A DNA stretch of 64,000 nucleotides from Verrucomicrobiia bacterium (GTDB lineage Bacteria > Verrucomicrobiota > Verrucomicrobiia > Limisphaerales > UBA11358). The stretch is taken from positions 4,367 to 68,366 of the forward strand of contig DATLVR010000126.1 of assembly GCA_035577265.1 (NCBI GenBank). The letters are read 5' to 3'. How positions within the stretch are numbered: position 1 is the first letter of the stretch; the number at the start of each line of letters is the position of its first letter. The notes under the pieces were generated by a model. That model ran no database searches. It was given only the letters and a program-made list of their open reading frames with translations, and was not told the DNA's origin. The position numbers and the translations under genes are program-made. Below, piece after piece: positions 20,965 through 29,563 of the stretch.

Positions 20965-22110
20965 ATGCCGAAAAAACAAAAGCGCGTTCTGCTGGCCCTC
21001 GGCTGGTATGACTACCATCTGCATCAGGGCATTGAAAAATATGCCCGCGAGCATGGCTGGCATCTTTACGCAGACCTGGCGCGCGAAAAGGTCATCCCCT
21101 GGGGCTGGGAAGGCGACGGCATCCTGGCGTGGCTCGGCGCGGGCCACGACCTGGCCGAGTTTGTCGCCGCCGCCAAAAAACCGACCGTGGATTTCAGCCT
21201 GCGCCGTCCGCAATTGAAGTTTCACCGCGTCCTCGAAGACCACGCCCACGCCGCAAAGCTGGTGGCCGAGCATTTCCTGTCGCGTGGCTTCGCCAATTTT
21301 ATTTTTTACAGCGATGCGGACAACTGGTCTTACGAGGAACGCGGCGCCGGGTTTATCCACGCGTTGAAAGCAGCCGGCCATGAATGTTCCTGGCTGCGCT
21401 GGCATCAATCGGATGCCTATGCCTCCGGGCGCGAGGAATGGCGAAAAAAGCGCAAATGGCTGGCGGCCCAGATGAAATCGGCGCCCAAGCCGCTCGCCGT
21501 TTTTGCCGCCAACGATCAGCAGGCGATGGATGTCCTGGAAACCTGCGAAAGCGCCGGGATTGCCGTGCCGGAACAGGTTTCCATCGTTGGGGCGGAAAAT
21601 TATCTGCTGGCCCCCGACTCCATGCGCACCCCGATTTCCAGCGTGGACACGAATCTCGAAACGCTCGGTTACCGCGGCGCTGAACTGCTGGACAAGTTGA
21701 TGGCCGGGAAGCACGCGCCGACCGACCCCATCCGCATCCCCGCCGTGGGCGTGGTGGCGCGCAAGAGCAGCGACATCCTGACCATTCTCCACGTTGGTGT
21801 GGCCAAAAGCCTGCGCTTCATCTGGCAGCACAGCCACGAGCCGATCTGCGTCAAGGATCTGGTCGGGGTCGCGGCCATGTCGCGGCGCGGATTGCACAAG
21901 GCGTTTCTGGAGCATCTCGGCCGGACGCCCGGACAGGAACTGCAGCGGGTGCGGATCGAGCACGCCAAGAAGTTGCTCGCTGAATCCGGCCTCAAGATCG
22001 AGTCCCTCGCCGAAATGTCCGGCTACCAAAGCGCCAACAGCTTCTGCATCGCCTTCAAACGCGTCACCGGCATGTCCGCCAAGCAATTCCGAGATTCCAT
22101 CGGCCGCTAA
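20965..22110 (+). CDS. XylR-type regulator (periplasmic-binding-like sensor plus AraC HTH)
   Basis: 381-aa ORF with a C-terminal AraC-type HTH (SANSFCIAFKRVTGMSAKQFR). It is divergent from the DUF1559/adhesin pair. Confidence 0.85.
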   Translation: MPKKQKRVLLALGWYDYHLHQGIEKYAREHGWHLYADLAREKVIPWGWEGDGILAWLGAGHDLAEFVAAAKKPTVDFSLRRPQLKFHRVLEDHAHAAKLVAEHFLSRGFANFIFYSDADNWSYEERGAGFIHALKAAGHECSWLRWHQSDAYASGREEWRKKRKWLAAQMKSAPKPLAVFAANDQQAMDVLETCESAGIAVPEQVSIVGAENYLLAPDSMRTPISSVDTNLETLGYRGAELLDKLMAGKHAPTDPIRIPAVGVVARKSSDILTILHVGVAKSLRFIWQHSHEPICVKDLVGVAAMSRRGLHKAFLEHLGRTPGQELQRVRIEHAKKLLAESGLKIESLAEMSGYQSANSFCIAFKRVTGMSAKQFRDSIGR

Positions 22111-22116
22111 TCCACA

Positions 22117-22286
22117 GAATTCAACGCCAGGGCGCAAAGTAGCCAGGACGCAACGCTGGTAAAGCGAAACTCACGCGGGAACAGTTGTCGTATCGCGCTA
22201 ATCAAACCTTGAGCACTCAAGGCTGCCTGTGAAAGATTTTTAAGCCCTTGGCGTCTTTCACACCTTGGCGTCTTTGCGTTAAATTT
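22117..22286. repeat. Inverted-repeat element (AACGCAAAGACGCCAAGG-type arms)
   Basis: The left arm (22117-22156) and right arm (22245-22286) are imperfect reverse complements. The inner perfect palindrome CCTTGAG-CA-CTCAAGG lies at 22207-22222. Confidence 0.7.
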
Positions 22287-22344
22287 TTCTGCTGAGTATG
22301 GATTAGAGCCTTGCGCTCCGGCACGCTTCCGCGAAAATTCGCGG

Positions 22345-22953
22345 GTGCCGAATCCATTTCAATCACGCGACCCGCAAAAATTTGCCGCCGCCCTGCGCCG
22401 CTTCGACGAAGAAAATTCGCACGACCCGAATCTTGAATCATTCGGTGGGGCTCAGCACCCGCGCGAACTGCTCTACGCGCAGCGCCTGACCGGCTGGGTG
22501 TTGCGGTTGGCGCCCGACGCTTCGGAAGCCCTGCGGCTTGCCGCGCGCTGCCAGCACATCTGCCGCTGGCAAAGCCCGCGTGATGCCTATCCCATGACCC
22601 GCGCCGGTTACTTGAAATGGCGCGCCGACCTGAAAAAATTCCACGCCGAAAAGTCCGGGGCGATTCTGCGCGACGTCGGCTACGACGACGAAACGATCCA
22701 GCGCGTGCAGGATTTGAACCTGAAGAAACATTTCCCCGCCGACGCCGAGACCCGCACGCTGGAAGACGCCCTCTGTCTCGTGTTCCTGGAATTTCAATTC
22801 GCCGACCTCGCCGCCAAGACCGCCGAGGACAAGACCATCAACGCTCTGCAGAAAAGCTGGGGCAAGATGACCGAAGCCGCGCGCGCCGAGGCGCTCAAAT
22901 TAAATTACGGCGAACGTGAAAAAGCCTTGCTCCATCGCGCGCTGAATGGCTAA
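22345..22953 (+). CDS. DUF4202-like protein (tentative)
   Basis: 202-aa ORF with a GTG start. The pattern ...RCQHICRWQSPRDAYPMTRAGYLKWR... was recognised from memory only. Confidence 0.6.
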   Translation: MPNPFQSRDPQKFAAALRRFDEENSHDPNLESFGGAQHPRELLYAQRLTGWVLRLAPDASEALRLAARCQHICRWQSPRDAYPMTRAGYLKWRADLKKFHAEKSGAILRDVGYDDETIQRVQDLNLKKHFPADAETRTLEDALCLVFLEFQFADLAAKTAEDKTINALQKSWGKMTEAARAEALKLNYGEREKALLHRALNG

Positions 22954-22995
22954 TGATTTTACCTGGGTGGGGCGAGCGTCCCCGCGAGCCGTGAA

Positions 22996-23125
22996 CTTAA
23001 CGCAGAGAACGCAAAGGACGCAGAGAGGCGCAGAGTTTGAATGATGGATTAACTCCAGCCTTTTCGGGCGCTTCTTTGGGATTCTCCTCGCGCTGCTCTG
23101 CATTCTCTGCGCCTCCGCGTTTAAG
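22996..23125. repeat. Inverted-repeat element (TTAACGCAGAGAACGCAGAG-type arms)
   Basis: The left arm (22996-23035) and right arm (23096-23125) are imperfect reverse complements with a spacer of about 60 nt. Confidence 0.7.
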
Positions 23126-23143
23126 CCTGGATTCTGTTTTCAA

Positions 23144-25441
23144 TTGCATCGTTCCGGCTTAATCCGCCACCATACGCGCGTGGCTGAAAGCAAAAATATC
23201 CCGCTCGTCGCGGATCTGGACGGCACGCTCATCAAGACCGATCTGCTGTGGGAGCATCTGGCGCGCCTGCTGCGACGGAACCCGTTCTGGCTTTTGCCCG
23301 TGCTGATCTGGTGGATGCGTGGTCGCGCCTTTCTGAAAAAACAACTCGCGCGACGGGTTAAAATTGATCCCGCCGCCCTGCCCTATCACGAAAAATTTCT
23401 CGCGTATCTGCGCGAACAGAAATCCGCCGGCCGCAAGCTGATTCTCGCCACGGCGTCGGATTTGCAGATGGCCCTGCCCGTCGCTGCTCATGTCGGACTG
23501 TTCGACGAAGTGCTGGGCAGCGACGGTAAAACCAATTTACGCAGCGGCAACAAACTGAAGGCGCTCAGGGCCAAATTCGGCGAACGCGGTTTTGATTACG
23601 CCGGAAATTCCGACGCCGATTTCGCCGTGTGGCGCGGTTCGCGCGAAGCCGTGGTTGTCAACGCGAGTCCATCAGTTTTGAAGGAAGCCGCACAATGCAC
23701 CAAACTTGGCGCGACATTTGTCGAAGGCTATTCACCCTTTGCCATTCTGAAAAGTTTTACGAACGAACTGTTCATCCGCAGCGGCTATCTGCTGGCCGTC
23801 GGCGCGGGACTGTTGCTGGCGGCGGCATTTCCGAATCTCGCCATCGCAGGCTTTGCGTGGGTGGCGCCGGCGTTGATCCTCTTCGCCGCGCATGGCAAGA
23901 GCCGCGGGGACACCTTTCGTGTCGGTTACGTTGCCGGGATCACGTTCTGGCTCGCGTCGCTTTCCTGGCTGTTGCTGATTCCGGTGACGGGCTTTCCGAT
24001 TCTCGGCTGGGTGGCGTTGAGCGCGTTCATGGCGCTTTATTTTGCCATCTGGACCTGGCTGCTCGCAGGGAAAATTGGCGTGGGCACCTGGATGCAGCGA
24101 AATCTCTGGGCGCTCGCAGGCGCGGCACTCTGGGTCGGCCTCGAAATGATCCGCGCGCGCTTCCTCGGCGGATTTCCGTGGAACCTGCTCGGCACGTCGC
24201 AATATCAGCTCACGCCGCTCATCCAGATCGCATCGGTCGCGGGCGTCTATGGCGTTTCGTTTCTGGTCGTGTGGGTTTCGTTGTCGCTGTTCTCGGCGGC
24301 GCGCGCCATTTTTTCGAAGCCGGACGCGCGGTTCGCGTGGCAGCCGGAAGTTTTCCTGCCGCTGCTCGTCGTCGCCCTTTTGTTCGCCGTCGGCACTTTT
24401 CAAATGCGGACGAAGCCGGCCAGTGCTGCAAACCTTGCCCCGCTTCGCATCACGCTGATTCAACCGAGCGTGCCGCAAACGTTGATCTGGGATTCAGGTG
24501 CCAATTCAAACCGCTTCCAGCAATTGCTCGCGCTCACGGAAAAAGCTCTGGCTCCCGCCACCCTCGCCCCGCCAAACGGGGAGAGGGACGGGGTGAGGGG
24601 TTCAACCGATCTGCTCATCTGGCCGGAATCCGCGTTGCCGGATTTTGACGATGCCAGCCTGGCCGCCATCACCAACCTGGTCCGCGCTCACCACATCTGG
24701 ATGATTTTTAGTGCGGACGATGTCCTACCCAAAGCCAATCCGTCGGAGACCGACAGATATGACATCTTCAACTCGGCGTTCCTGTTCAACCCGGATGGAA
24801 AATTCGAGACGGTCTATCACAAGCGAAAGCTCGTCATTTTCGGCGAATACATCCCGCTCGTGCGCTGGCTGCCGTTCGTGAAATGGTTCACACCCATCAC
24901 CGGCGGCTACGAAGCCGGCGACAAACCTGGAGCGTTTGAAATCAGCGGGTGGGGCGAGACTCCGTCGAGCCCCGACTCAAATCGAATCACAATAGGGCTC
25001 GACGGAGTCTCGCCCCACCGGACAGTGAACACTGCGCCGCTGATCTGCTTTGAAGACATGTTCCCGCAGACCACTCGTGACTCAGCTCGCGCCGACACCG
25101 ACTTTCTGGTGAACCTGACAAACGACGGCTGGTTCGGCGAAGGCGCGGAGCAATGGCAGCAGGCCGCTGCCGGAATTTTCCGCGCGGTGGAAAACGGCCT
25201 ACCGCTCGTGCGCTCCTGCAACAACGGCGTGACCTGCTGGATCGACGCCCACGGACGGGTGCGCCAGATTTTCAAGGACGCCACCGGCCGCATTTACGGC
25301 CCCGGCTTCATGACGATGGAACTTCGGCTGCCGGCTGAAAAACCCGCGCCGACGTTTTACAACCGGCATGGCGATTGGTTTGGATGGGGATGCGTCATTC
25401 TGGCGGCGGCAATCACGGCCAGACGAATTTTTGTTCGTTAA
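23144..25441 (+). CDS. lnt: Fusion protein: N-terminal HAD-like domain plus apolipoprotein N-acyltransferase
   Basis: 765-aa ORF. The N-terminus has the HAD motif I ADLDGTLIK, followed by multiple TM helices and a CN-hydrolase domain (LLIWPESALP; catalytic Cys in APLICFEDMF). The TTG start at 23144 is uncertain. Confidence 0.8.
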   Translation: MHRSGLIRHHTRVAESKNIPLVADLDGTLIKTDLLWEHLARLLRRNPFWLLPVLIWWMRGRAFLKKQLARRVKIDPAALPYHEKFLAYLREQKSAGRKLILATASDLQMALPVAAHVGLFDEVLGSDGKTNLRSGNKLKALRAKFGERGFDYAGNSDADFAVWRGSREAVVVNASPSVLKEAAQCTKLGATFVEGYSPFAILKSFTNELFIRSGYLLAVGAGLLLAAAFPNLAIAGFAWVAPALILFAAHGKSRGDTFRVGYVAGITFWLASLSWLLLIPVTGFPILGWVALSAFMALYFAIWTWLLAGKIGVGTWMQRNLWALAGAALWVGLEMIRARFLGGFPWNLLGTSQYQLTPLIQIASVAGVYGVSFLVVWVSLSLFSAARAIFSKPDARFAWQPEVFLPLLVVALLFAVGTFQMRTKPASAANLAPLRITLIQPSVPQTLIWDSGANSNRFQQLLALTEKALAPATLAPPNGERDGVRGSTDLLIWPESALPDFDDASLAAITNLVRAHHIWMIFSADDVLPKANPSETDRYDIFNSAFLFNPDGKFETVYHKRKLVIFGEYIPLVRWLPFVKWFTPITGGYEAGDKPGAFEISGWGETPSSPDSNRITIGLDGVSPHRTVNTAPLICFEDMFPQTTRDSARADTDFLVNLTNDGWFGEGAEQWQQAAAGIFRAVENGLPLVRSCNNGVTCWIDAHGRVRQIFKDATGRIYGPGFMTMELRLPAEKPAPTFYNRHGDWFGWGCVILAAAITARRIFVR
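24561..24600. repeat. GC-rich hairpin repeat translated in-frame in lnt
   Basis: CCCTCGCCCCG-CCAAA-CGGGGAGAGGG followed by ACGGGGTGAGGGG. It is read as ...LAPPNGERDGVRG.... Confidence 0.55.
24948..25019. repeat. 72-nt palindromic element (25-nt arms) inside the lnt reading frame
   Basis: Arms 24948-24972 (GGTGGGGCGAGACTCCGTCGAGCCC) and 24995-25019 are exact reverse complements with a 22-nt loop. Confidence 0.9.
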
Positions 25442-25591
25442 ATGTTTGCAGCCTTTGCTTGAAACCCATCATCTGTCATTTGTCTCTAATAAATATGTTG
25501 GACAGCCCTTTACGCCCAGTCCAACCTCGGACCTAGGAAAATGATAGGTCACAAAATCTCAGGCCTACTTCGTTAGGCCGCTGCACACACC

Positions 25592-25864
25592 ATGAGCTAT
25601 GTCGCCAAAGGAATCTTTCGAGTTGTGGGGCAGTTGCACCCAGGTTTTCTATCGGTCGAGTATGTCCGGCATTGCGACGATTCACCGCGGTTCACTTTCC
25701 CCGAGGGCGCGAAGGTCATCTTCGATGAGCCGTGGGTTGGTCTCGACCGCATACCCATCGATCTCGTCGCGATGCCCGACCGATTCCCGAACACCTTGCT
25801 TCGAGTCACTGTCAGAGGCACCAGAGATGAGATCATCCATGTTGAGCGTCAGCCAAGAGCCTAA
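25592..25864 (+). CDS. Hypothetical protein
   Basis: 90-aa ORF in a lower-GC stretch with no recognisable motifs. A competing antisense ORF exists. Confidence 0.35.
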   Translation: MSYVAKGIFRVVGQLHPGFLSVEYVRHCDDSPRFTFPEGAKVIFDEPWVGLDRIPIDLVAMPDRFPNTLLRVTVRGTRDEIIHVERQPRA

Positions 25865-25889
25865 CCGATTGATAGTCTGCAAAAAAATT

Positions 25890-25970
25890 CACCGACGCCG
25901 TGCTGTTTCCTTGCCCCATTGTTCTGACCGCCCAGCATCCGCGCCAGTTCTGCCACGCGCTCCTTGACCG
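25890..25970 (-). pseudogene. Diverged duplicate of the recN 3-prime end
   Basis: The minus strand reads ...KERVAELARMLGGQNNGARK..., against ...KKERVTELARMLGGQTEAARK... in RecN. The core 25924-25965 matches 27785-27826 at 37/42 positions by hand alignment. Confidence 0.7.
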
Positions 25971-26041
25971 CAACTTGCAATTCTGATGGACGCCAAGTTC
26001 TGCATTCGGATAGTTTTTTCCAAACCCATAAAGAAGACGCC

Positions 26042-27580
26042 ATGATGAAATCAACCACCTTGTCTTTCGGGCGCCGGATTCTCGCGCCGTTAAGCGCACT
26101 GGTTCTCGTGGCAGGCATCGCCAATGAATCCATCGCCGGCAACATTGTGGGCTACGTTGCGAACTGGAACGGCAATCCCACGTTCGTTCAATATGGCAAG
26201 CTGACGCACATCAATTTCTCCTTCGCCGAATGCACTGCCAGCGGCGGACTCACTTGCGACACGACGTATCTGGGTTCGGTTGTGACCAAGGCGCACGCTG
26301 CGGGCGTAAAGGTGCTTATCTCCATCGGTGGTGCTTCCAACGGCGGCACCATGACCACGGCCATGCGAAACGCGCGGCTCACCTTGACCACGAACATCGA
26401 GAATTTCGTTCATACTTGGAATCTGGACGGCGCTGATATTGATTGGGAGGCGCCGGCGAACGCCTCGGATGGAACGCTGTTCAACACGCTGGTGCAAACG
26501 CTCTATACGGATCTGCATCCGGAGGGAAAGCTCATCACCGCCGCGCTCGATACCGGCGACTGGTTCGGCATGTATATCCTGGGCAGTTCCTTTGCCTATC
26601 TGGATATGATCAACGTCATGTCCTACGATTCCGGCGGGGACTATTACTTCAGCAGCGGCATCACCTACTGGACGGGACGGGGCGCGCCCAAGGCCAAGCT
26701 CATGGCTGGGGTGGGTTTCTTTGGCAACGGCGCTGGCGGGGAGAAGGCTTACAAGGATATCGTGGCCGCCGATAAGAACGCGCCATACGTGGATTCCTCG
26801 AATGGCTATAAATATAATGGTATTCCCTCCATGGTGGCGAAGACGCAGGTGGCCAAGTCCAATGCGGGCGGCATCATGATCTGGGAACTCTCCCAAGATA
26901 CGGCGAGCACCGGCAGCACTTCGTTGATGAACACGATCTACAATACCATGGTCTCATCCAATTACGCCCCCATCGGAAAAGTCGTCAGCTTTCGCGCGCA
27001 GGCCAATAGCAATTTCGTTTCCGCCGCGAACGCCGGTGCTGGCGCGCTCATCGCCAATCGCACCAATGCCGGCCCGTCGGAACAGTTCAAGGTGGTGGAC
27101 ATGGGCCAGCACAATGTCGCCCTGTTGTCCCAGGTTAACGGAAAATATGTGACCGCCGCCAATGCCACCAGCGCGCTGATCGCCAGTAAATCGTCCGTGG
27201 GGACGCAGGAAACATTCACCTGGCAGATCAACGCCAATGGCACGGTGTCTCTGCTGTCTCTCGCCAACAACGATTACGTCTGTGCCGACCTGAACAAGGG
27301 CGTGCCACCCAATCTTTGGGCCAACCGGACGTCTGCCGCCGGCTGGGAAAGCTATGTCGTCACCGAGGTGGTGACATTGGGTGTCCGAACTGCTGGAACG
27401 CAGGTCGTGCTGACCTTGCCGACCAATCCCGGTCACAATTCTCAAATCGAGTATGCTGACAACCTAAGCTCGCCAACTTGGACGCCTTTGGGCGGTTCCG
27501 TGATGGGCACAGGCGCAGTAATCTCGATCACCAATACTCCCACTTCGGCACAGCAGTTTTTCAGAGCCAGTATTCAATAA
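26042..27580 (+). CDS. Secreted GH18 (chitinase-like) protein with beta-trefoil-like and C-terminal modules
   Basis: ATG 26042 gives the signal peptide MMKSTTLSFGRRILAPLSALVLVAG. It has the catalytic motif LDGADIDWE and a repetitive fascin/beta-trefoil-like middle region, and the C-terminal module ends QQFFRASIQ. Confidence 0.85.
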   Translation: MMKSTTLSFGRRILAPLSALVLVAGIANESIAGNIVGYVANWNGNPTFVQYGKLTHINFSFAECTASGGLTCDTTYLGSVVTKAHAAGVKVLISIGGASNGGTMTTAMRNARLTLTTNIENFVHTWNLDGADIDWEAPANASDGTLFNTLVQTLYTDLHPEGKLITAALDTGDWFGMYILGSSFAYLDMINVMSYDSGGDYYFSSGITYWTGRGAPKAKLMAGVGFFGNGAGGEKAYKDIVAADKNAPYVDSSNGYKYNGIPSMVAKTQVAKSNAGGIMIWELSQDTASTGSTSLMNTIYNTMVSSNYAPIGKVVSFRAQANSNFVSAANAGAGALIANRTNAGPSEQFKVVDMGQHNVALLSQVNGKYVTAANATSALIASKSSVGTQETFTWQINANGTVSLLSLANNDYVCADLNKGVPPNLWANRTSAAGWESYVVTEVVTLGVRTAGTQVVLTLPTNPGHNSQIEYADNLSSPTWTPLGGSVMGTGAVISITNTPTSAQQFFRASIQ

Positions 27581-27742
27581 TGTTTCATTCGGATTATCGC
27601 TCGGCTAAAGCCACAGGTTGTCCACAGGCAATCGTCAAAAACACGGTTGACGTCGCGAGTCGGCGGCGGCTCTGTTTTCTATATTGGACAAATTTCTCCG
27701 CACTTCGGGTTTCAATTTCAGCCCCGCTTCGTCCCCGAATCT

Positions 27743-29500
27743 TTATTTCAACAACGCCTCGGCGTGTTTCCGTGCAGCCTCCGTTTGACCGCCCAACATC
27801 CGCGCCAGTTCGGTCACGCGTTCCTTTTTGCTCAACAAGGCGATCTCCGAAATCGTGCGGCCATCGCGGATCTGTTTGGTCACGACGTAATGCGCGTCGG
27901 CTGGCGCGGCCACCTGCGGCAGATGCGTGATGCACAGCACCTGTCGTTTGGCGGCGATCTGCTTCATCTTTTCACCCACCGCATTCGCCGTCTCGCCACC
28001 GACGTTGGCGTCCACTTCGTCAAAGATCAGTACGGGAATCTCGTCTTCGGCGGCAAGCACGGTCTTGAGCGCCAACATCACGCGCGCCATTTCGCCGGAT
28101 GAGGCGATGGCGCGCAGCGGCTTGGCCGGCTCGCCTGGATTGGGGGCGAATTGGAATTCGATTTCGTCAAGGCCGGTGGAAGAAAGTTGAGAGTTAAGAG
28201 TTGAGAGTTGAGTGACGCTCTGGATGTTCACATCAAACTTACTTTGCTGGAAACCCAGATCGGCGAGCTGTTTGCCGACAGCCTTGGCGAGTTGCGGAAT
28301 GACTTTCTTCCGTGCGGCGGAAAGTTTTTTGCCTGCACCCAATATTTCCGCGTCCAGTTTTTCCAGCGCCTCGTTCAGGCGCGCCAGTTCGGCGTCACGG
28401 CTTTCGAGCGCGTTCAATTTCTCTTTTGCCTCAACGCCGAACGCGATGACTTCGGCGAGGGTTGCCCCGTATTTGCGCTTGAGCGTGCGGAGCAGATCCA
28501 TCCGTTCCTCCAACTGCTGAAGCTGCGCGGGGTCCACGTCCACTTTTTCGGCGTAATGCGACAATTCCGTCTGCAACTCGCGCAGGGTCGCCCCCGCCTG
28601 CGCGTGCAACTCGACCAGATTCGCTGCGCCGGCGTCCACCCGCTGAAGCTCCGTCAGCACGCGCCCGATGACCCCGGACTGCGTGAGCAGTGAATTGTCG
28701 TTCTCGCTCAAGGCGTCGAGCGCGGCCTGGCTCAGTTGCAGGAGCCTGGCGGCATTGCTGGCGCGCTGAAATTTTTCCTCCACGCCCTCGTCTTCGCCGG
28801 GCTGGAGCCGCGCGCCGGAGATCTCCTTCACCTGAAAGCGCAACAGATCCAGTTGCTGCGCGTAAGTCTTGTCATCCACGATGAGCGCGGATTTTTCCGT
28901 CTCCAACGCGGTGCGACGCTGAACTAATTCACCAAAGGTCGAGCGCTCTTTTTCCAGCCCGCCGAACGCATCGAGAATGGCGAGTTGCTTGGCGGGATGG
29001 AGCAGCGACTGGTGATCGTGCGGGCCGTGCATGTCCACCAGCCATTCGCCAATGGTGGCAAGCGTGGCGAGTGTCGTGGGTGAACCGTTGATGAACTGAC
29101 GGTTTGTGCCTGCATTCGTGAACGTGCGTTTGAGAACCAACTGATGGTCATCGCAGGGTTCAAGGCCGTTCTCTTCCAGAAAGTTTTCCAGCGGCGAAGG
29201 AGCGCCGAGCACCGTCTCGGCCTGTATCTGCGCTTTAGTATCTGGCCGAGACGGTGCTCGGCGTTCCGAACGAGCAACACGCAGTCCGCTCACATCAAAC
29301 ACGGCCTCGACCGAGCAGCTGTCGCTGCCGCTGCGGATGAGCGCGCGGTCGGCGCGTTCACCGAGGACGAGGTTGAGCGCGCCGATGATGATGGACTTGC
29401 CCGCGCCGGTCTCGCCGGTGATGACGTTGCAGCCGGGCTGGAGCTCGAGCGTCAGGTCGGGCACCAGTGCGAGGTTTTTAATGCGGAGCGTCGTCAACAT
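27743..29500 (-). CDS. recN: DNA repair protein RecN
   Basis: 585-aa ORF with Walker A GETGAGKSIII, a long coiled coil and the C-terminal signature ASSGEMARVMLAL. Confidence 0.93.
   Translation of the reverse strand: MLTTLRIKNLALVPDLTLELQPGCNVITGETGAGKSIIIGALNLVLGERADRALIRSGSDSCSVEAVFDVSGLRVARSERRAPSRPDTKAQIQAETVLGAPSPLENFLEENGLEPCDDHQLVLKRTFTNAGTNRQFINGSPTTLATLATIGEWLVDMHGPHDHQSLLHPAKQLAILDAFGGLEKERSTFGELVQRRTALETEKSALIVDDKTYAQQLDLLRFQVKEISGARLQPGEDEGVEEKFQRASNAARLLQLSQAALDALSENDNSLLTQSGVIGRVLTELQRVDAGAANLVELHAQAGATLRELQTELSHYAEKVDVDPAQLQQLEERMDLLRTLKRKYGATLAEVIAFGVEAKEKLNALESRDAELARLNEALEKLDAEILGAGKKLSAARKKVIPQLAKAVGKQLADLGFQQSKFDVNIQSVTQLSTLNSQLSSTGLDEIEFQFAPNPGEPAKPLRAIASSGEMARVMLALKTVLAAEDEIPVLIFDEVDANVGGETANAVGEKMKQIAAKRQVLCITHLPQVAAPADAHYVVTKQIRDGRTISEIALLSKKERVTELARMLGGQTEAARKHAEALLK
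28186..28213. repeat. Tandem heptamer array translated in-frame in recN
   Basis: GTTGAGA GTTAAGA GTTGAGA GTTGAGT on the + strand. It is read on the - strand as ...TQLSTLNSQLSS.... Confidence 0.8.
29199..29267. repeat. Palindromic element inside the recN reading frame (same family as 1296-1366)
   Basis: Arms 29199-29222 and 29244-29267 are reverse complements with one mismatch. The arm sequence is identical to the metH copy, and the 21-nt loop is unrelated. Confidence 0.9.
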
Positions 29501-29563
29501 GGTTAGATTTTGTCGCGCACATTTGAACGGTTATCACGCCGTTCGGCAAAAAGAAAATTTAAG

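Noticed and set aside
25597-25836. The minus-strand 79-aa ORF competing with the 25592-25864 plus-strand ORF.
   Set aside because: Its product is Ser/Arg/Thr-rich and low-complexity. The plus-strand product looks more protein-like, although even that call has low confidence.
25442-27742. The GH18 region considered as a mobile element or genomic island.
   Set aside because: There is no integrase, transposase, tRNA or clean direct repeat. Only the diverged recN-end duplicate supports an old integration, so it is reported as a finding rather than as a mobile_element feature.
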